This document shows, one piece after another, positions 47,477-59,878 of a stretch of 64,000 bases of DNA (position 1 is its first letter; each line of letters opens with the position of its first letter). The stretch is taken from IMG/VR virus record IMGVR_UViG_3300025635_000020; one strand, written 5' to 3'. The position numbers and the translations under genes were made by a program. The notes under the pieces are model-generated. The model saw only the letters and a program-made list of their open reading frames with translations, was not told the DNA's origin and searched no databases. The stretch is from an uncultured virus (IMG/VR IMGVR_UViG_3300025635_000020) (Duplodnaviria; Heunggongvirae; Uroviricota; Caudoviricetes).

Positions 47477-50400
47477 GCCTGACTTTCTTGGAACTGTAGC
47501 TGAATCTCTCCAACTGGTGTAGTTTGTGTTGTTAGAGCAGTAATTTGCACAGCAAGAACTTCGGGGCCGTTGGGGAATGTTCCTTGACCTGGCACCAAAC
47601 TTGTTCCAATTTGTTTGACAGAACTCAAGTCCAACACACCCGAGTTAGTAGTTGAAATTGGGATGGCAAACAAACGTTCTCCGCCTTGCAGTTCACTGGT
47701 AATAGCTGCAATGGTCATGGTCAAGTCGTTGGCAGTGGTTGATCCGCCAATAGTATTGCCAAGAATCTTGATTGTGTCGCCCACGGCGTAACCATCACCT
47801 GGAGTTTGTACAGTAATCTGTGTCGTGGTAGTTGAATATGTTGTACCGGCTGCAGTAAGTTGAACAGTAATTTTTGCATTTGCACCAGAACTGGACACGT
47901 TGATTGGTGTCAAGTTGGCATAAGTTTTTGCCGTACTAAACGTTTGTTTTGTACCCGAACGTGTCATACCACCTGTGGTATTAAATGGCGCACTTGTCAA
48001 ACCACCTGTTGCTTCTGCTGTGTAACGTGGAGCTGTTGTAAATTGTGAAAAGCTAGGTTGGTAGCCGCCTCCCAAGTTGTTTAGACCTTGCCAGCTAGTG
48101 TTGGCAGAGTCAATGTTTGAAGGATTCAAAATACCTTCAACCAAGTAACGTCCAGCACTGACCTGAATATTCAAGTTTGACATGGTTAACTGAGCGCGGT
48201 TGATCAAGTCACGATCGCCCAAGCTACCAATAATACCGTTGGATACTGACGGTGCCAAGCGCATGGCAAACGCTACAGATTTGTCGCCAATGTTGGCTGG
48301 CAAGCCATAGTTAACACGGTTGTATGTAAACTGATATCCTTCGTCGCCATCAAAATTGCCGTCCATGATAACTGAGCTACCCCAATGGTTGACCAGTGGT
48401 ACACAAGTATTAGAAATCAGTATTACACCAGTATTGTTGGCATGACTTGCTGCTGCGCTAGAGGTGTAGCTTCGGCTTTGGCCTTCGGCCCACTGTGTAA
48501 ATGTTGCGCCGCGTGTGCAACCAGTTAAGTCATTGCCACTCTTGCCAGAGTACTTGATAATTTCTGACTCAATCATCACATACACAGGATATGTTACGCT
48601 GGCATCAGGATAATCAGTAGCATCAACCAATGTAATTGTTGTTTGACTATTGTCAATTGCTCCGTTCAACGATGAGATTGGGGTGTCATTTGCTGCTTCG
48701 TAGCGTGCTGGCAAGTTACCTGAACGCATGTATGCTTCGTTGTTCAAGTTGTTGTTTGGTCTACGATGAGCATGAATCATACGTCCATCTTGACCGCGAC
48801 ACATCCATGTGACATAGCCAGCACCATACCAGCTATACTCAATACCCAACATCTGCATTTTGCTTGGATCAATAGTATATCCGCTGGCGCCTGTTCCGTC
48901 TATTGTGTCAATATTAAAGTCTGCTTGGCGCACACGTATCTCGCTACGCACTGTCATTTTTACACGATTTTGATTTGATACTCCACGGAATGGCGGTATC
49001 ACACTCATTCTATTGTTATCAGTGATGCCGGTTACTGTATGAGTCATACCTTTGATCACAACATTGTCTCCGTTATTGAGCTGATCTTGGAATCGGCAAT
49101 TACCATCGCCAGTAACCAAGTTGCTGCCCGCGCCAACTGACACCAAACCAGCCAACTGGAATGTACTTGAACGCTGAACCGCGTTCAATGTAATGCCATC
49201 GTGTTCCCAGAACAATCCGTTTTGATCATCAAATATACCGGCACGGATAGAACTACCGTGCCAAGAAGTAATGTATACTCGAGGTTGTACACCAAGTTCA
49301 GGTGTAGTAGAACCTAGAGTACCTTGTGCTTCTACTGTGAAACTTGTGTCGCTTACAATACTGGTTACAACATAACCCGATGCATTGTATCCGCTGGTGG
49401 TAATGCCGGTAATTTGAACACCGGCCCCAGCATTTAATCCGTGCTCTAAATCAGTGGTAACAGTGATAGCACTACCGGCAGAGGTGCCGGCGGCACTCAA
49501 AGCAGAGATGTCAAAGTTTGGCTTCAACATTGTACCTGATGAGAACAAAATACCTTTACCAGACTGATAACGGAAATATTTCTTAGTTGCACGTATAGCA
49601 CTGGCTCCGCGTGTGGGCGTTCCTGGACCCAAAATAACGCCTCCGTCAAACGGACGAGGCAAGAACGCCGCATTGCTTCTTACATACACAAGGCCTGCCA
49701 GCGAGCCTGATACTGCCGCACCAGTCTTGGCTTGATAAGTGAATGTGGTTGTACTAGGCACAGAAATAATTACAAAACTGCCTTCGCCATAGGCTTGGTT
49801 AGTGCCCGAACTTAAATTAACAAGAATTGGTGTTCCTGGAACAAGTCCGTGTGCATAAGTTGTTGTCACTGTAATTGTACTAGGATTAGAACCATCGCTA
49901 GTAATAGAAGTAACGTCTAGATCAGCACCCGTGTAAGGAAATGCCTGACGAATCACTGTATCAGTTTGATTCAATGGGTGGCCGGGTTGAAGATCTGGGC
50001 TACGACGTGGATAGTAGAAGAAATTGTTGGCGTTGGCTTGGAATACCAGCCCTACACCTTCGGTGTTTGAGGCTGCGGTATTTTGCGTACTAACGTACTC
50101 ACCCGCATCTATTGGTGTGTCGCTTTGATTAACACCAACTTGAGGAATAGTGTTAGATCCTGTGGCATAGAACATACCAGTCATGCGTATAAACGGAGAT
50201 CCTACACCGGCAGCTGTCAATGCTGTGGTATTGAATTCGCCTCGAGCAATAGTTTGAGTACCGTTGACCGCGGTACTTATCACTGTGTGTTGACAAAGCT
50301 CAACGTTAGAGCTCAAACGTTGTAACACAGTACCTGTTACGTAAGAGTTTGCGGCTGTGGTATTGTACCAACCACGATTTAATTGAAGTGTTGTGCTGTC

Positions 50401-51435
50401 AGTAACTGATTGAACTTGTGCAATTTCCAATGTACTCACTGGATAAATGTTGTTGCCAATAGAAATGTTAGCAGCAGCGCCATTGGTATTGTTAGTTTGA
50501 CGAATAACAGTTAGTGCATTGGCAGCAACGTTGGTCACCGCCATGGTTTCATAAACATTTGCTGTATCAGTTTGAACAATAATGTAACTACCATCAACAA
50601 TTAACGGTGCTGCGGCCACGTTAGCACAATTAACAGTAGTGGTAGCATTGCTGGTAATGTTAGCTGTGGCCAATGTTGTTCCACCGCTGGTAGGACGTCC
50701 AATAATCAGCACACGATCACCAGCAGTAATGCCTGTGGTGCTTCCTACCGTAAATGTTCTTTCAGCTGAACTGTTTACATTGGCTGTAATATAAGTTGAT
50801 GACAAACCAGAGATATTACCCTGAGTTTGACTGTTAATTAACACATAGTCGTTGGCTACCCATGGTGCGGTGCCTGGGTTATTGAGTTTTACTGCTGTAT
50901 CAACGTTTGACGTAATAACATCGTCGCCGGAGAGCAGTGCTATATAACCGTTGGTATTATAACTTAAATCAACACCAATATCTTCATAAAACCCTGGAAT
51001 GTTGTTATTTACAGCAACATTTTGCCACTTGGTGTTTTGCAAACCATATTCAAAGTCAGCGTCGATCAAGGCCTCTGGATTACTAATACGATCGCGTCCA
51101 ATGGCATCTTCGCCAAAGGCCCAGGGCTCAACTATTAATGATTCACTTTCAACATAGATTGCCAGTTTGTCATTGGCATTCAATGCTGCTGTATTTGTAT
51201 CTAGTGTTATTGTAGTAACACCAGCATAGGCGGTTGGAAAAGTAGCGGTAGTTCCTGTGGCCCAACTAATTGTACCTCCCAGTGCCGAATCAGCAAAGTT
51301 GTAAATCGCTGTATTTGTTGTAGTATCGTAGATGGCTAGTATGTCAGCCAGGTTGTAACGACCTGGAACCTTGACGGTACCTAAACCGGCTGTACCTGGT
51401 GTAAACGAATACTCGTATAGTCTTTTTCTTGCCAT
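47473..51435 (-). CDS. large virion structural protein (baseplate/fibre-associated)
   Basis: 1320 aa, Thr/Gly/Asn-rich beta repeats, two ITVTT...HGL modules, FRYQSGKG, YSWYGAG; last gene of the fibre operon. Confidence 0.7.
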   Translation of the reverse strand: MARKRLYEYSFTPGTAGLGTVKVPGRYNLADILAIYDTTTNTAIYNFADSALGGTISWATGTTATFPTAYAGVTTITLDTNTAALNANDKLAIYVESESLIVEPWAFGEDAIGRDRISNPEALIDADFEYGLQNTKWQNVAVNNNIPGFYEDIGVDLSYNTNGYIALLSGDDVITSNVDTAVKLNNPGTAPWVANDYVLINSQTQGNISGLSSTYITANVNSSAERTFTVGSTTGITAGDRVLIIGRPTSGGTTLATANITSNATTTVNCANVAAAPLIVDGSYIIVQTDTANVYETMAVTNVAANALTVIRQTNNTNGAAANISIGNNIYPVSTLEIAQVQSVTDSTTLQLNRGWYNTTAANSYVTGTVLQRLSSNVELCQHTVISTAVNGTQTIARGEFNTTALTAAGVGSPFIRMTGMFYATGSNTIPQVGVNQSDTPIDAGEYVSTQNTAASNTEGVGLVFQANANNFFYYPRRSPDLQPGHPLNQTDTVIRQAFPYTGADLDVTSITSDGSNPSTITVTTTYAHGLVPGTPILVNLSSGTNQAYGEGSFVIISVPSTTTFTYQAKTGAAVSGSLAGLVYVRSNAAFLPRPFDGGVILGPGTPTRGASAIRATKKYFRYQSGKGILFSSGTMLKPNFDISALSAAGTSAGSAITVTTDLEHGLNAGAGVQITGITTSGYNASGYVVTSIVSDTSFTVEAQGTLGSTTPELGVQPRVYITSWHGSSIRAGIFDDQNGLFWEHDGITLNAVQRSSTFQLAGLVSVGAGSNLVTGDGNCRFQDQLNNGDNVVIKGMTHTVTGITDNNRMSVIPPFRGVSNQNRVKMTVRSEIRVRQADFNIDTIDGTGASGYTIDPSKMQMLGIEYSWYGAGYVTWMCRGQDGRMIHAHRRPNNNLNNEAYMRSGNLPARYEAANDTPISSLNGAIDNSQTTITLVDATDYPDASVTYPVYVMIESEIIKYSGKSGNDLTGCTRGATFTQWAEGQSRSYTSSAAASHANNTGVILISNTCVPLVNHWGSSVIMDGNFDGDEGYQFTYNRVNYGLPANIGDKSVAFAMRLAPSVSNGIIGSLGDRDLINRAQLTMSNLNIQVSAGRYLVEGILNPSNIDSANTSWQGLNNLGGGYQPSFSQFTTAPRYTAEATGGLTSAPFNTTGGMTRSGTKQTFSTAKTYANLTPINVSSSGANAKITVQLTAAGTTYSTTTTQITVQTPGDGYAVGDTIKILGNTIGGSTTANDLTMTIAAITSELQGGERLFAIPISTTNSGVLDLSSVKQIGTSLVPGQGTFPNGPEVLAVQITALTTQTTPVGEIQLQFQESQA

Positions 51436-51438
51436 CTT

Positions 51439-51831
51439 TTAAACTCCAAAAATAATTTGACCTGCTGTCAAACGTGCTTGCGTATCTGTGCCAAACTTGC
51501 TGTAAGTAATTGCACCTTCAGCTATTTTGCTTGTGGTTACTGTGGCATCGCTTGGCGTGCCAGTATATAGCGTGTCACCAAAGATTATGCCAAAGAAAGG
51601 CGTGTTTGATTCTGGTGCCACTGCAAAACTTATTGTTGATCCTGCGATGCTGAAATCAACACCAGGATTTTGGACCAGGCCGTCAAGAACTACCATCATT
51701 GCATAGGCTGTGGGCGGGGCAACTGAAGTTCCACCTACTGTGATATTAAACAGAGTAGTTGACCCATTAAAGGTCAACGCATCCATTTTGCGATACTGTC
51801 CAATTTGCGGTGTGTAACCTACATAACTCAT
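51439..51831 (-). CDS. small fibre-associated structural protein
   Basis: MSYVG, FNGSTTLF, LDGLVQNP...F.I.GSTISF..AP, VTTSKIA motifs typical of fibre modules. Confidence 0.65.
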   Translation of the reverse strand: MSYVGYTPQIGQYRKMDALTFNGSTTLFNITVGGTSVAPPTAYAMMVVLDGLVQNPGVDFSIAGSTISFAVAPESNTPFFGIIFGDTLYTGTPSDATVTTSKIAEGAITYSKFGTDTQARLTAGQIIFGV

Positions 51832-51840
51832 TTTGTATCC

Positions 51841-52536
51841 TTAAATTTTACCTATAACCACTTCTATAATGCCTGTATTGCCATCAAAATCTTCCAGTGC
51901 TTTGCCAAGTATTGATCCCATCATTGGTTGGGCACTGGCCTGTGCATAACCATTGCCCCCCGAAACCATCATGTCTCCTTTGCGCACAGTACCAATTACT
52001 CTAGTGGGTACCCGGCCTGCCAAGGCTACTATGGTTGCATATTCATGATTGCTGCCAGAATTCATTACGTGTGCCGGATTGGTCGATACCACACCTGCCA
52101 CACGAGCATCACTGGACGCATTGCTCAAAGTAACCTCGTTTGAACCACCAAAACTCAATACTGTACCTGGCTCGTACAACGCATCTGCAATGTAGAATTC
52201 TGCAAGGTCAGCATATTGTGCGCTGGTTGATTTAGCAAAAACTGTGTTAAAATAAACTGATGAATTACCGATATTGCCAATGCCGTTGCCTCCTGTGTTG
52301 GTAATTCCGTTGGTGGCAAGTCCTCCGCCAGTAATTAAATTTCCACCAGTGATATTACCTGTCACACTCAATGTTGAACTGCCAGTTATAGCACCCGAGC
52401 TGGCAATTGTATTAGCTGAGATATCACCGGCATTGCTGGTGGTCACTGTCCACGCACCAATGGCGGTACTATAGGTGTATATTACACCATTAACTGTTGC
52501 TGTTTGTCCGTTTGTTGGAGATACTGGAAATGCCAT
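51841..52536 (-). CDS. short fibre with C-terminal autoproteolytic chaperone (peptidase G2-like)
   Basis: FPVSPTNG N-terminus; YADLAE...GVVSTNPA...ALAGRVP...KGD...GKALE. Confidence 0.75.
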   Translation of the reverse strand: MAFPVSPTNGQTATVNGVIYTYSTAIGAWTVTTSNAGDISANTIASSGAITGSSTLSVTGNITGGNLITGGGLATNGITNTGGNGIGNIGNSSVYFNTVFAKSTSAQYADLAEFYIADALYEPGTVLSFGGSNEVTLSNASSDARVAGVVSTNPAHVMNSGSNHEYATIVALAGRVPTRVIGTVRKGDMMVSGGNGYAQASAQPMMGSILGKALEDFDGNTGIIEVVIGKI

Positions 52537-55500
52537 TATGTTCGCCCCACTGCTATTTCAATTAATTCTACATGATCATGTGGCAGATCTTGCAAGCTCT
52601 TGCCCACAACACAACCTAATTCTGCTTTAGTTGGATCAAATTTGCCAGCTATACCTGAAGCTACGTTTACCAATCTGTCTCCTTTGGTTACAGGGCCTTG
52701 CACAAAACACGGCACACGCCCGGCCAGGGCCACTGGTGTTCCATTTTCCTGTTGACTGTTCATCAAATGTGCTGGGTTAGTTGACACTACACCTGCAATA
52801 CGAGTATCATGATTAACATCACTTACTGTAATTTCGTTGGCGCCACCAAATACCACCACAGTACCAGGTTCATAGACAGCATCTGCTTGATAGTTTTCTG
52901 CCAAGTCAGCGTAATTGGCTGTAGTTGATACTCCACTAAATGTAGTTGCAAAAACAGTATTGAATCTTGTAGTACTGTTACCAATATTTCCAACACCGTT
53001 TGCACCAGAATTTAGCAAGTCACTGACACTAAAACTACCACCAGTAAAATTTATATTAGCGGATGTTAGTGTTCCACCCACCGATAAATTGCCATTGATT
53101 GAAAGAGTTGAAATGGTAGTGGGGAAACTTTGATCAACCCACTGATTGGTTGTACCATCGTTGATATATTTGTACAGTTTGTCAGTACCAGTTGCGTACC
53201 ATTCGTCTCCCGGTACTGCGTTGCTTGGAACTGAAGCTGCTGCGGTGTATTTGAAAACTCTAACCCCGCCTGATATCACATTGCCGCCGGTGATGTTACC
53301 ACTTGCGCTTATTACGCCAGTTACATATTCACCCGTAGATGCAAATACTGCCACATTAGATGTGCCGCCGACACTGACCGCTACGTTACCACCCGAGCTT
53401 ACTACACGAACGTTTGATGTGCCGTTCTGTATGCTTGTGGCGTCAATACCAGTCAGCTGACTGCCGTTGCCCAAGAAATATCCACCTGTGATGTTGGCAG
53501 TGGTGGTAATTGCTGTTGTCATGCTCAGTCCAGAAACAACGTTACCACTCAGACTCAATCCTGTGGCATTTAAGTTTCCGCCTATCACATTACCTGTAGC
53601 ACTGACGGTTGCACCTTGTACCAATGATGTAATAATTGCATTACCAGCCGAAACGTTGGCTGTGCCGTGTACAGAGTTACCAGTTGAACTGATAATACCT
53701 GCGGTAACAATATTGCCACCAACCACATTACCCAAAGCTGACACCCCAGCACTTCCAGCACTCACAACACCACTGGTGATTATGTTGCCGCCCGTGACGT
53801 TGCCTGTGGCTGATATCACTCCAGTTGCTGATACTGCACCGCCGGTGATGATGTTACCGCCAGTTACGTTGCCGCTCAAGCTGGCAGTAGTACCTGTGTG
53901 TGTTGTGGCGTTGACATTGGCACCACCCAAGATGTTACCACCTGTAATGTTGCCTGTGGCTGATATTAAACCGCCTGTGTTGATGTTACCGCCGGTGACG
54001 TTGCCAGTAGCCGAAACTTGTGCCGCAGTAGTAATGTTACCGCCAATAACGTTACCTGATGCGCTGACAAATCCTGTTGTAATTTGTCCTGTTGAACTAA
54101 ACACCACCACATTTGATGTGCCACCTATGTTCACAGTAGCATTTGCATTGGCAGATACAATTTTAATATTAGATGTGCCACTTGAGACACCTGTGGTATC
54201 AATGCCAGTTAAGGCTCTACCGTTGCCCAAGAAAAAACTACCTGTGATATTACCTGATGCAGTTATTTCTAGTCCGCTGGTTATACTACCTGCAGCACTG
54301 ATTGTGGTTCCTGCTGAAAGAGCTCCAGCGGCTGTGATGTCAGTGCCTGCGTTGATTGTGGTATTAATGCTTACAGCATTACCATAGATTACGCCTGCGG
54401 CTGATAACACCCCAGTGGTTCTTACATTTCCACCCATGATGTTGCCTGTAACAGTGGCCAAACCTGCAGTAATCAAGTTAGCGCCGGTGACGTTACCACT
54501 TGCGCTCATTACGCCAGTGATATTGGCCCCAGCTCCTACGGTAATTGAGCTTGCAGCACTAATCAATCCACCAGTGAGAATATTTCCACCACTGACGTTT
54601 CCAGCAGATGTTATGTTACCAGTTGCGCTAGCAATACCAGCTGTGGTAATGTTGCCGCCAACAATATTGCCAGTTGCACTTACTCCTGTGGTGGCATTGA
54701 CATTGCCTGTAACTGCTAAACCAACTGAGCTTGAGACTGTAGCAATTGTGGCTCCACCTACATTGACAATAATGTTGCCGTTGAGTGCTGGAACATATAC
54801 ACCACTGGTGCCGTTTGTTACATTTGATACTGATGTAATAATACCTGTTAAGCAAGCACCATTGCCAAGAAAGTATGTACCGTTGACATTGCCTGTAGCA
54901 CTGAGGTTTGCTAGTATTAAGTCTTGGTATTGAAAACTTGCATCTGCTGTGTCAACTACTGTGGTTGGCTTAACTGTTAAGTTACCAAAAAGTTTGTATT
55001 TTCCGTCTGTGATATCACGGAAATAGCCAGTATATCTATTGGCAACACCATCATAGAACTGCGACACAATACCGGTGTCATAAGTGTCACCTGGGTTGGC
55101 GTTGGCCAAGAAAATAAACGGATCAGTAACGTCCAGGCTGTCTGTGCCAGTGGTTGTAAACGTACCGTTGACTGTGAAGTCTCCAACGCAGGTAATATTT
55201 TGTCCAATTGTAACGTTGCCAGCAACCCCAATACTGCCACCAACTACTAACGCACCGGTGCTGATGTTTGCACTGTTTGTGGTATTAGTAATAGTAACTA
55301 TTCCGCTGGTATTGATATTACCAGTTGCACCAATACCACCTGCTACTGTCAATGCGCCAGTGGTATTGCTGGTGCTGTCAACATTTCCGCTAATGACTAC
55401 TGTGTTTGATCCAGCAACAGTAATAGCTAAATCTGTAGAAGTTGGCCAATAAATTCCTGTGTTGTTTGCAGCAACGGAATATACGCTTGGTGCGCCAACT

Positions 55501-55796
55501 GTACCTGCACCAAAAGCATTGGCTGTTAAATTAAGACTGTTTAATGCGCCTGCACGATAAGTGACTGTAATGTTGTTTGTGCCGCTGGCTGGCGCAGATT
55601 GAAACAACAAAGAAGTGTTTTCTGCTTCATAATCCGTAAACGGACGTTGAAGAGTGTTATCAATCATAACGTCAAGGTCAGACGCACTTGCAACACTTCT
55701 TGCTAATGTAAATTGTAAATTTACTGCATTGCCGCTGAACGTTTGTGTGCTGGTGTTCAGCAGTTGCGTTTGCGGATTAAGACCAACGTATGCCAT
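52536..55796 (-). CDS. Gly/Asn/Thr-repeat fibre protein with C-terminal autoproteolytic chaperone
   Basis: SATGN(I/V)TGGN repeats; YADLAE...GVVSTNPA...ALAGRVP. Confidence 0.8.
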   Translation of the reverse strand: MAYVGLNPQTQLLNTSTQTFSGNAVNLQFTLARSVASASDLDVMIDNTLQRPFTDYEAENTSLLFQSAPASGTNNITVTYRAGALNSLNLTANAFGAGTVGAPSVYSVAANNTGIYWPTSTDLAITVAGSNTVVISGNVDSTSNTTGALTVAGGIGATGNINTSGIVTITNTTNSANISTGALVVGGSIGVAGNVTIGQNITCVGDFTVNGTFTTTGTDSLDVTDPFIFLANANPGDTYDTGIVSQFYDGVANRYTGYFRDITDGKYKLFGNLTVKPTTVVDTADASFQYQDLILANLSATGNVNGTYFLGNGACLTGIITSVSNVTNGTSGVYVPALNGNIIVNVGGATIATVSSSVGLAVTGNVNATTGVSATGNIVGGNITTAGIASATGNITSAGNVSGGNILTGGLISAASSITVGAGANITGVMSASGNVTGANLITAGLATVTGNIMGGNVRTTGVLSAAGVIYGNAVSINTTINAGTDITAAGALSAGTTISAAGSITSGLEITASGNITGSFFLGNGRALTGIDTTGVSSGTSNIKIVSANANATVNIGGTSNVVVFSSTGQITTGFVSASGNVIGGNITTAAQVSATGNVTGGNINTGGLISATGNITGGNILGGANVNATTHTGTTASLSGNVTGGNIITGGAVSATGVISATGNVTGGNIITSGVVSAGSAGVSALGNVVGGNIVTAGIISSTGNSVHGTANVSAGNAIITSLVQGATVSATGNVIGGNLNATGLSLSGNVVSGLSMTTAITTTANITGGYFLGNGSQLTGIDATSIQNGTSNVRVVSSGGNVAVSVGGTSNVAVFASTGEYVTGVISASGNITGGNVISGGVRVFKYTAAASVPSNAVPGDEWYATGTDKLYKYINDGTTNQWVDQSFPTTISTLSINGNLSVGGTLTSANINFTGGSFSVSDLLNSGANGVGNIGNSTTRFNTVFATTFSGVSTTANYADLAENYQADAVYEPGTVVVFGGANEITVSDVNHDTRIAGVVSTNPAHLMNSQQENGTPVALAGRVPCFVQGPVTKGDRLVNVASGIAGKFDPTKAELGCVVGKSLQDLPHDHVELIEIAVGRT

Positions 55797-58700
55797 TATG
55801 TAATTTCCATTATACTCATTACTGCGTCAATACTTGTGGCAGCACTGCTTTGAACTTGTAGTTCATCTCCTGTGACCAACACAATCTTTTGATCGCCTCC
55901 ACCTACTACCAAGCTAGATCCTGCCGAAATAGGGGCATTTACCGCCAATCGTGTGGTTTGAGCTGCGTTATCCAAAATTATTACGTTGGCAGAAATTGCG
56001 CTTGCTGTAACGTTGGTCAACGAAAGACCAACTACAATAGCAGTAGTACTTGAAGGAACTGTGTAACTACCAACTGTGGTAGCTGAGGTTCCTACTAGTC
56101 TGCTGAGTTTTCGTGTAAAAGTATTTGCCATTTTTTATCCTAATGCTATTGCCAGTGCTGTTGCGTCCGCTATGGTTGCTGCCAACTGTCCAGCAATATT
56201 TATGTTACCTGTAGCTGACACATTTCCAGCCGTGATATTACCTGTAGTGGTAATATTTGTTGTCATATTGAGCGCACTAACTACGTTACCGCTCAAACTC
56301 AAACCTGCAGCATTAATATTGCCGCCAGTTATATTGCCAGTGGCTGACACTAACCCTACTGTTGTTACGTTACCGCTTTCAACGTTGCCACTTGCGCTAA
56401 CTGTTACACCCCGTACCAGTGCAGTTCCAATTACATTGCCACCAGTGACGTTGCCAACCATGCTTACAGTGGTACCAGTAAACAATGTTGCGTTAACATT
56501 AGCACCACCTAACACGTTACCACCAGTAATGTTACCAGTAGCACTTATCAGCCCTGCTGTTAGAATATTACCACCCGTGATGTTACCAGTTGCGCTTGCT
56601 GTACCATCTGTGGCAATGTTACCACCTGTGATAGTTCCAGTAACTGATACTGTGGCACCTGTGTGTGTTGTGGCATTGACATTGGCGCCACCTAAGATGT
56701 TGCCACCTGTGATGTTACCTGTTACACTTACTGTGGTACCAGTAAACAATGTAGCGTTGACATTGGCACCACCTAGGATGTTACCACCTGTGATGTTGCC
56801 CGTAGCTGATATCACGCCTGCTGTGTTAATATTGCCACCAACCACATTGCCTGTAGCAATTACCGCAGTTGATGACAGTACATTACCTGCTGATACATTG
56901 GCAGTTTCAGCTGTGATTATATTACCTGTTACACTTGCACTTCCGCTGATATTTAAATTGCCGCCATTGACTGTGGCCACTGCACCGCCAACTGTGAGTG
57001 CGTTGGCTGCATAATCATACACTAACCCTGCATTAGTTCCTAAAATACCTGCTTGATTAAAGATAACTTGACTATTTGATCCAGGTGCATTAACGTTGCC
57101 TACCAAATTTCCAATAAAGTTAGGTGCTGTTACATTACCAACAGCAGTGATAGCACCTGCTGCACTAATTGAGCCACCAGACAATATGTTGCCACCTGTA
57201 ATATTGGCTGCACTTGTGATGGTTGAGGTGGCTGAAATCAGGCCAGCAGCAAGAATATTTGCGCCAGAAGAAATGCTGCCAGAGGCTGAAATCAAGCCAG
57301 TGGTATTTAAGTTGCCGCCGTCTACATTGCCAACTGCACTGGCATAGCCACTGGCAAACATGTTGTTGGTACTCACTAGATTTGGTGTGTTAATGTTGCC
57401 ACCGGTGACGTTGCCTGTGGCACTCAATGAACTCAATGTACCAACTGATGTAATATTTGTTTGTGCGGCTGTGGTCAACGTACCAATAATACTAGTGCCT
57501 GATAGGTTGCCGCCGTCAATATTGCCAGTCACTGTTAATGAAGTTAGTGTACCAACTGATGTAATATTTGTTTGTGCGGCGGTAATTAAAGTACCCGAAA
57601 CGCTCGTACCATTCAAGTTGCTACCAGTGATGTTGCCTGTTACACTTAGATTAGCACCGGTGGTAACATTACCTGCACCTTTTGGTGCAAATGCAATGTC
57701 AACGTTGGCATTGAGCAGGCTCTGTGCAGCAATAGTTGCTGGTGTATTGTTGGCTGATTGTATAGTGATATAGTTGTTTCCATATCCTTCAATCTTGAGT
57801 CCTGTATTGATGCCTTCAGTTACGCTACCCGATCGTTGGAACAATACATTACCATTGCCTTGGCTGGTAAAAGTTAATCCTGCAGTTGCTGATCCGTTGG
57901 CTTGTATAACGGGATTTGTTGTATCTCCCGTCATTTCTATTCTAGTGGTATTGTTAGTTCCAACAAACACACCTGAGCCAGCAGAAACATTAGAACCGTT
58001 TACATTGCCTGCTGCGGTCACTAAACCAGCAGTAATAATATTGCCACCAGTTACATTTCCACTGAGGCTGGCAGTGCTACCAGTGTGTGTTGTAGCATTG
58101 ACGTTGGCCCCACCCAGGATGTTGCCACCGGTGATGTTGCCTGTGGCTGAAATTAATCCAGGAGTAAAAATATTTCCGCTTGTGATATTACCTGTTACAT
58201 TCAACGGAGATATAACATTACCACTTAAACTCAATGCTCCTGTATTGACATTTGCACCTACAACGTTGCCAGTTGTGCTAAACTGACCAGTTCCTGTCAA
58301 ACTGCCAGTTGAAACGTTAACTGTGGCGCTGACATTTGCGGCTTCTAGTGTACCAACAACAAATGAGCCATATTGGCTTACAGATACAACTTCGTTGGCA
58401 ACGCCAACGTTGGCCGCAGCAAACAATTTGCCTGCCACATCGTCCCATCCAATAAATGCTTGTTTTTCCTGGGCTGACTGATAGTAGAACATGTCAATAC
58501 CACGGCTCTTGCCATCATCAGACACAAGAGGTGTATCGTTGGGTCCACGACCCATGGAAATAATTGGATCTTGTACTGCTAAAGTTGTGACATTCATGTA
58601 AGTCACATTGCCGTTGACAGTGAGACTACCATTAATTACTGCATTGCCAGTAGCACTCAAGTTTGCAGACTGCATAAGTCCAGTAGTAATCAAGTTGCCA

Positions 58701-59878
58701 CTGCTGACATTGCCGTTGACAGTGACCAAACCTGTAGTAATCAAGTTGCCACCGGTGATGTTGCCTGTGGCGTATACTAATCCCGTCGTGTTAAGGTTGG
58801 CCCCAATAACATTGGCAGTTGCTGATATAAAACCAGTAAGACTTACATTGTTAGCTTGAATATTACCAGTAGCAGATATTAATCCAGGTGTAACAATGTT
58901 GCCACCTGCTACATTGCCTGTGGCTGATACATTGCCTGTAACTAACACATTTCCTGCAGCACTGAGGCTGCCAGCGGTGTTAAAGTTGCCACCTGTGACA
59001 TTGCCAGTAGCTTGAACTTGTCCTAGGGTTGCAAAGTTGCCACCACTCACATTGCCTGTTGATACCACTGCGCCGCTGGTAACAAAGTTGCCGCCCGTGA
59101 TATTACCAGCTACGCTGGCTATGCCGTTTGTAACAAGATTGCCTGCAATTACGTTGCCAGTTACACTTTCAAGTCCTGACACAAACACCCCAGTATTGGC
59201 ATAAACAACCACGTTCGATGTTCCACCAATTGAGATGTTGGCATTGCCGCCTGTGACGCCAATGTTGGCTTCGCTTGTGCCATTTACAATTCTTGTGGGT
59301 GTTCCAGCTTCAATACCTGACAGCAATGCACCATTGCCTAAAATATATTGACCTGTGATATTACCAGCTGCTGACACCTGCCCAAGTGTAACTAGATTTC
59401 CACCATTTACATTGCCAGTAGCTGTTATTGCTGCGGCCTGAATCGCTCCAATTGCACTGATTGCGCCTGCACTTACAACATTGCCACCAATTACGTTGCC
59501 GGTAGCACTGACAACTCCAAGTGCAGATACTGCTCCAGCAGTTGTCAAGTTTCCACCTGTAATATTTCCAGTGGCGGTAAGTGAGCTCAATGTACCCACC
59601 GAAGTGATATTGGTCTGTGCTGCGGTAGCCAGTGTACCTGTAATATTTGTGGCGGATATATTGCCGCCAGTAATGTTACCTGTTACGCTGACTGTAGTAC
59701 CTGTGTGTGTTGTAGCATTGACATTGGCACCACCCAAGATGTTGCCGCCAGTAATGTTACCTGTGGCTGAAATTAACCCACTGGTTAATAAATTACCACC
59801 AGTAGTGTTGCCAGTTGCACTGATCACCCCAGTTACATATTCACCCGTAGATGCAAATACTGCCACATTAGATGTGCC
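53317..59878. repeat. 50-bp exact direct repeat shared by two fibre genes (53317-53366 and 59829-59878)
   Basis: ccagttacatattcacccgtagatgcaaatactgccacattagatgtgcc occurs in both; similarity continues for about 30 more bp with 3 mismatches. Confidence 0.85.
55796..56131 (-). CDS. small structural protein
   Basis: 111 aa, MANTF...YTVP...KIVL..GD.L...S.MEIT; TAATG coupling. Confidence 0.7.
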   Translation of the reverse strand: MANTFTRKLSRLVGTSATTVGSYTVPSSTTAIVVGLSLTNVTASAISANVIILDNAAQTTRLAVNAPISAGSSLVVGGGDQKIVLVTGDELQVQSSAATSIDAVMSIMEIT

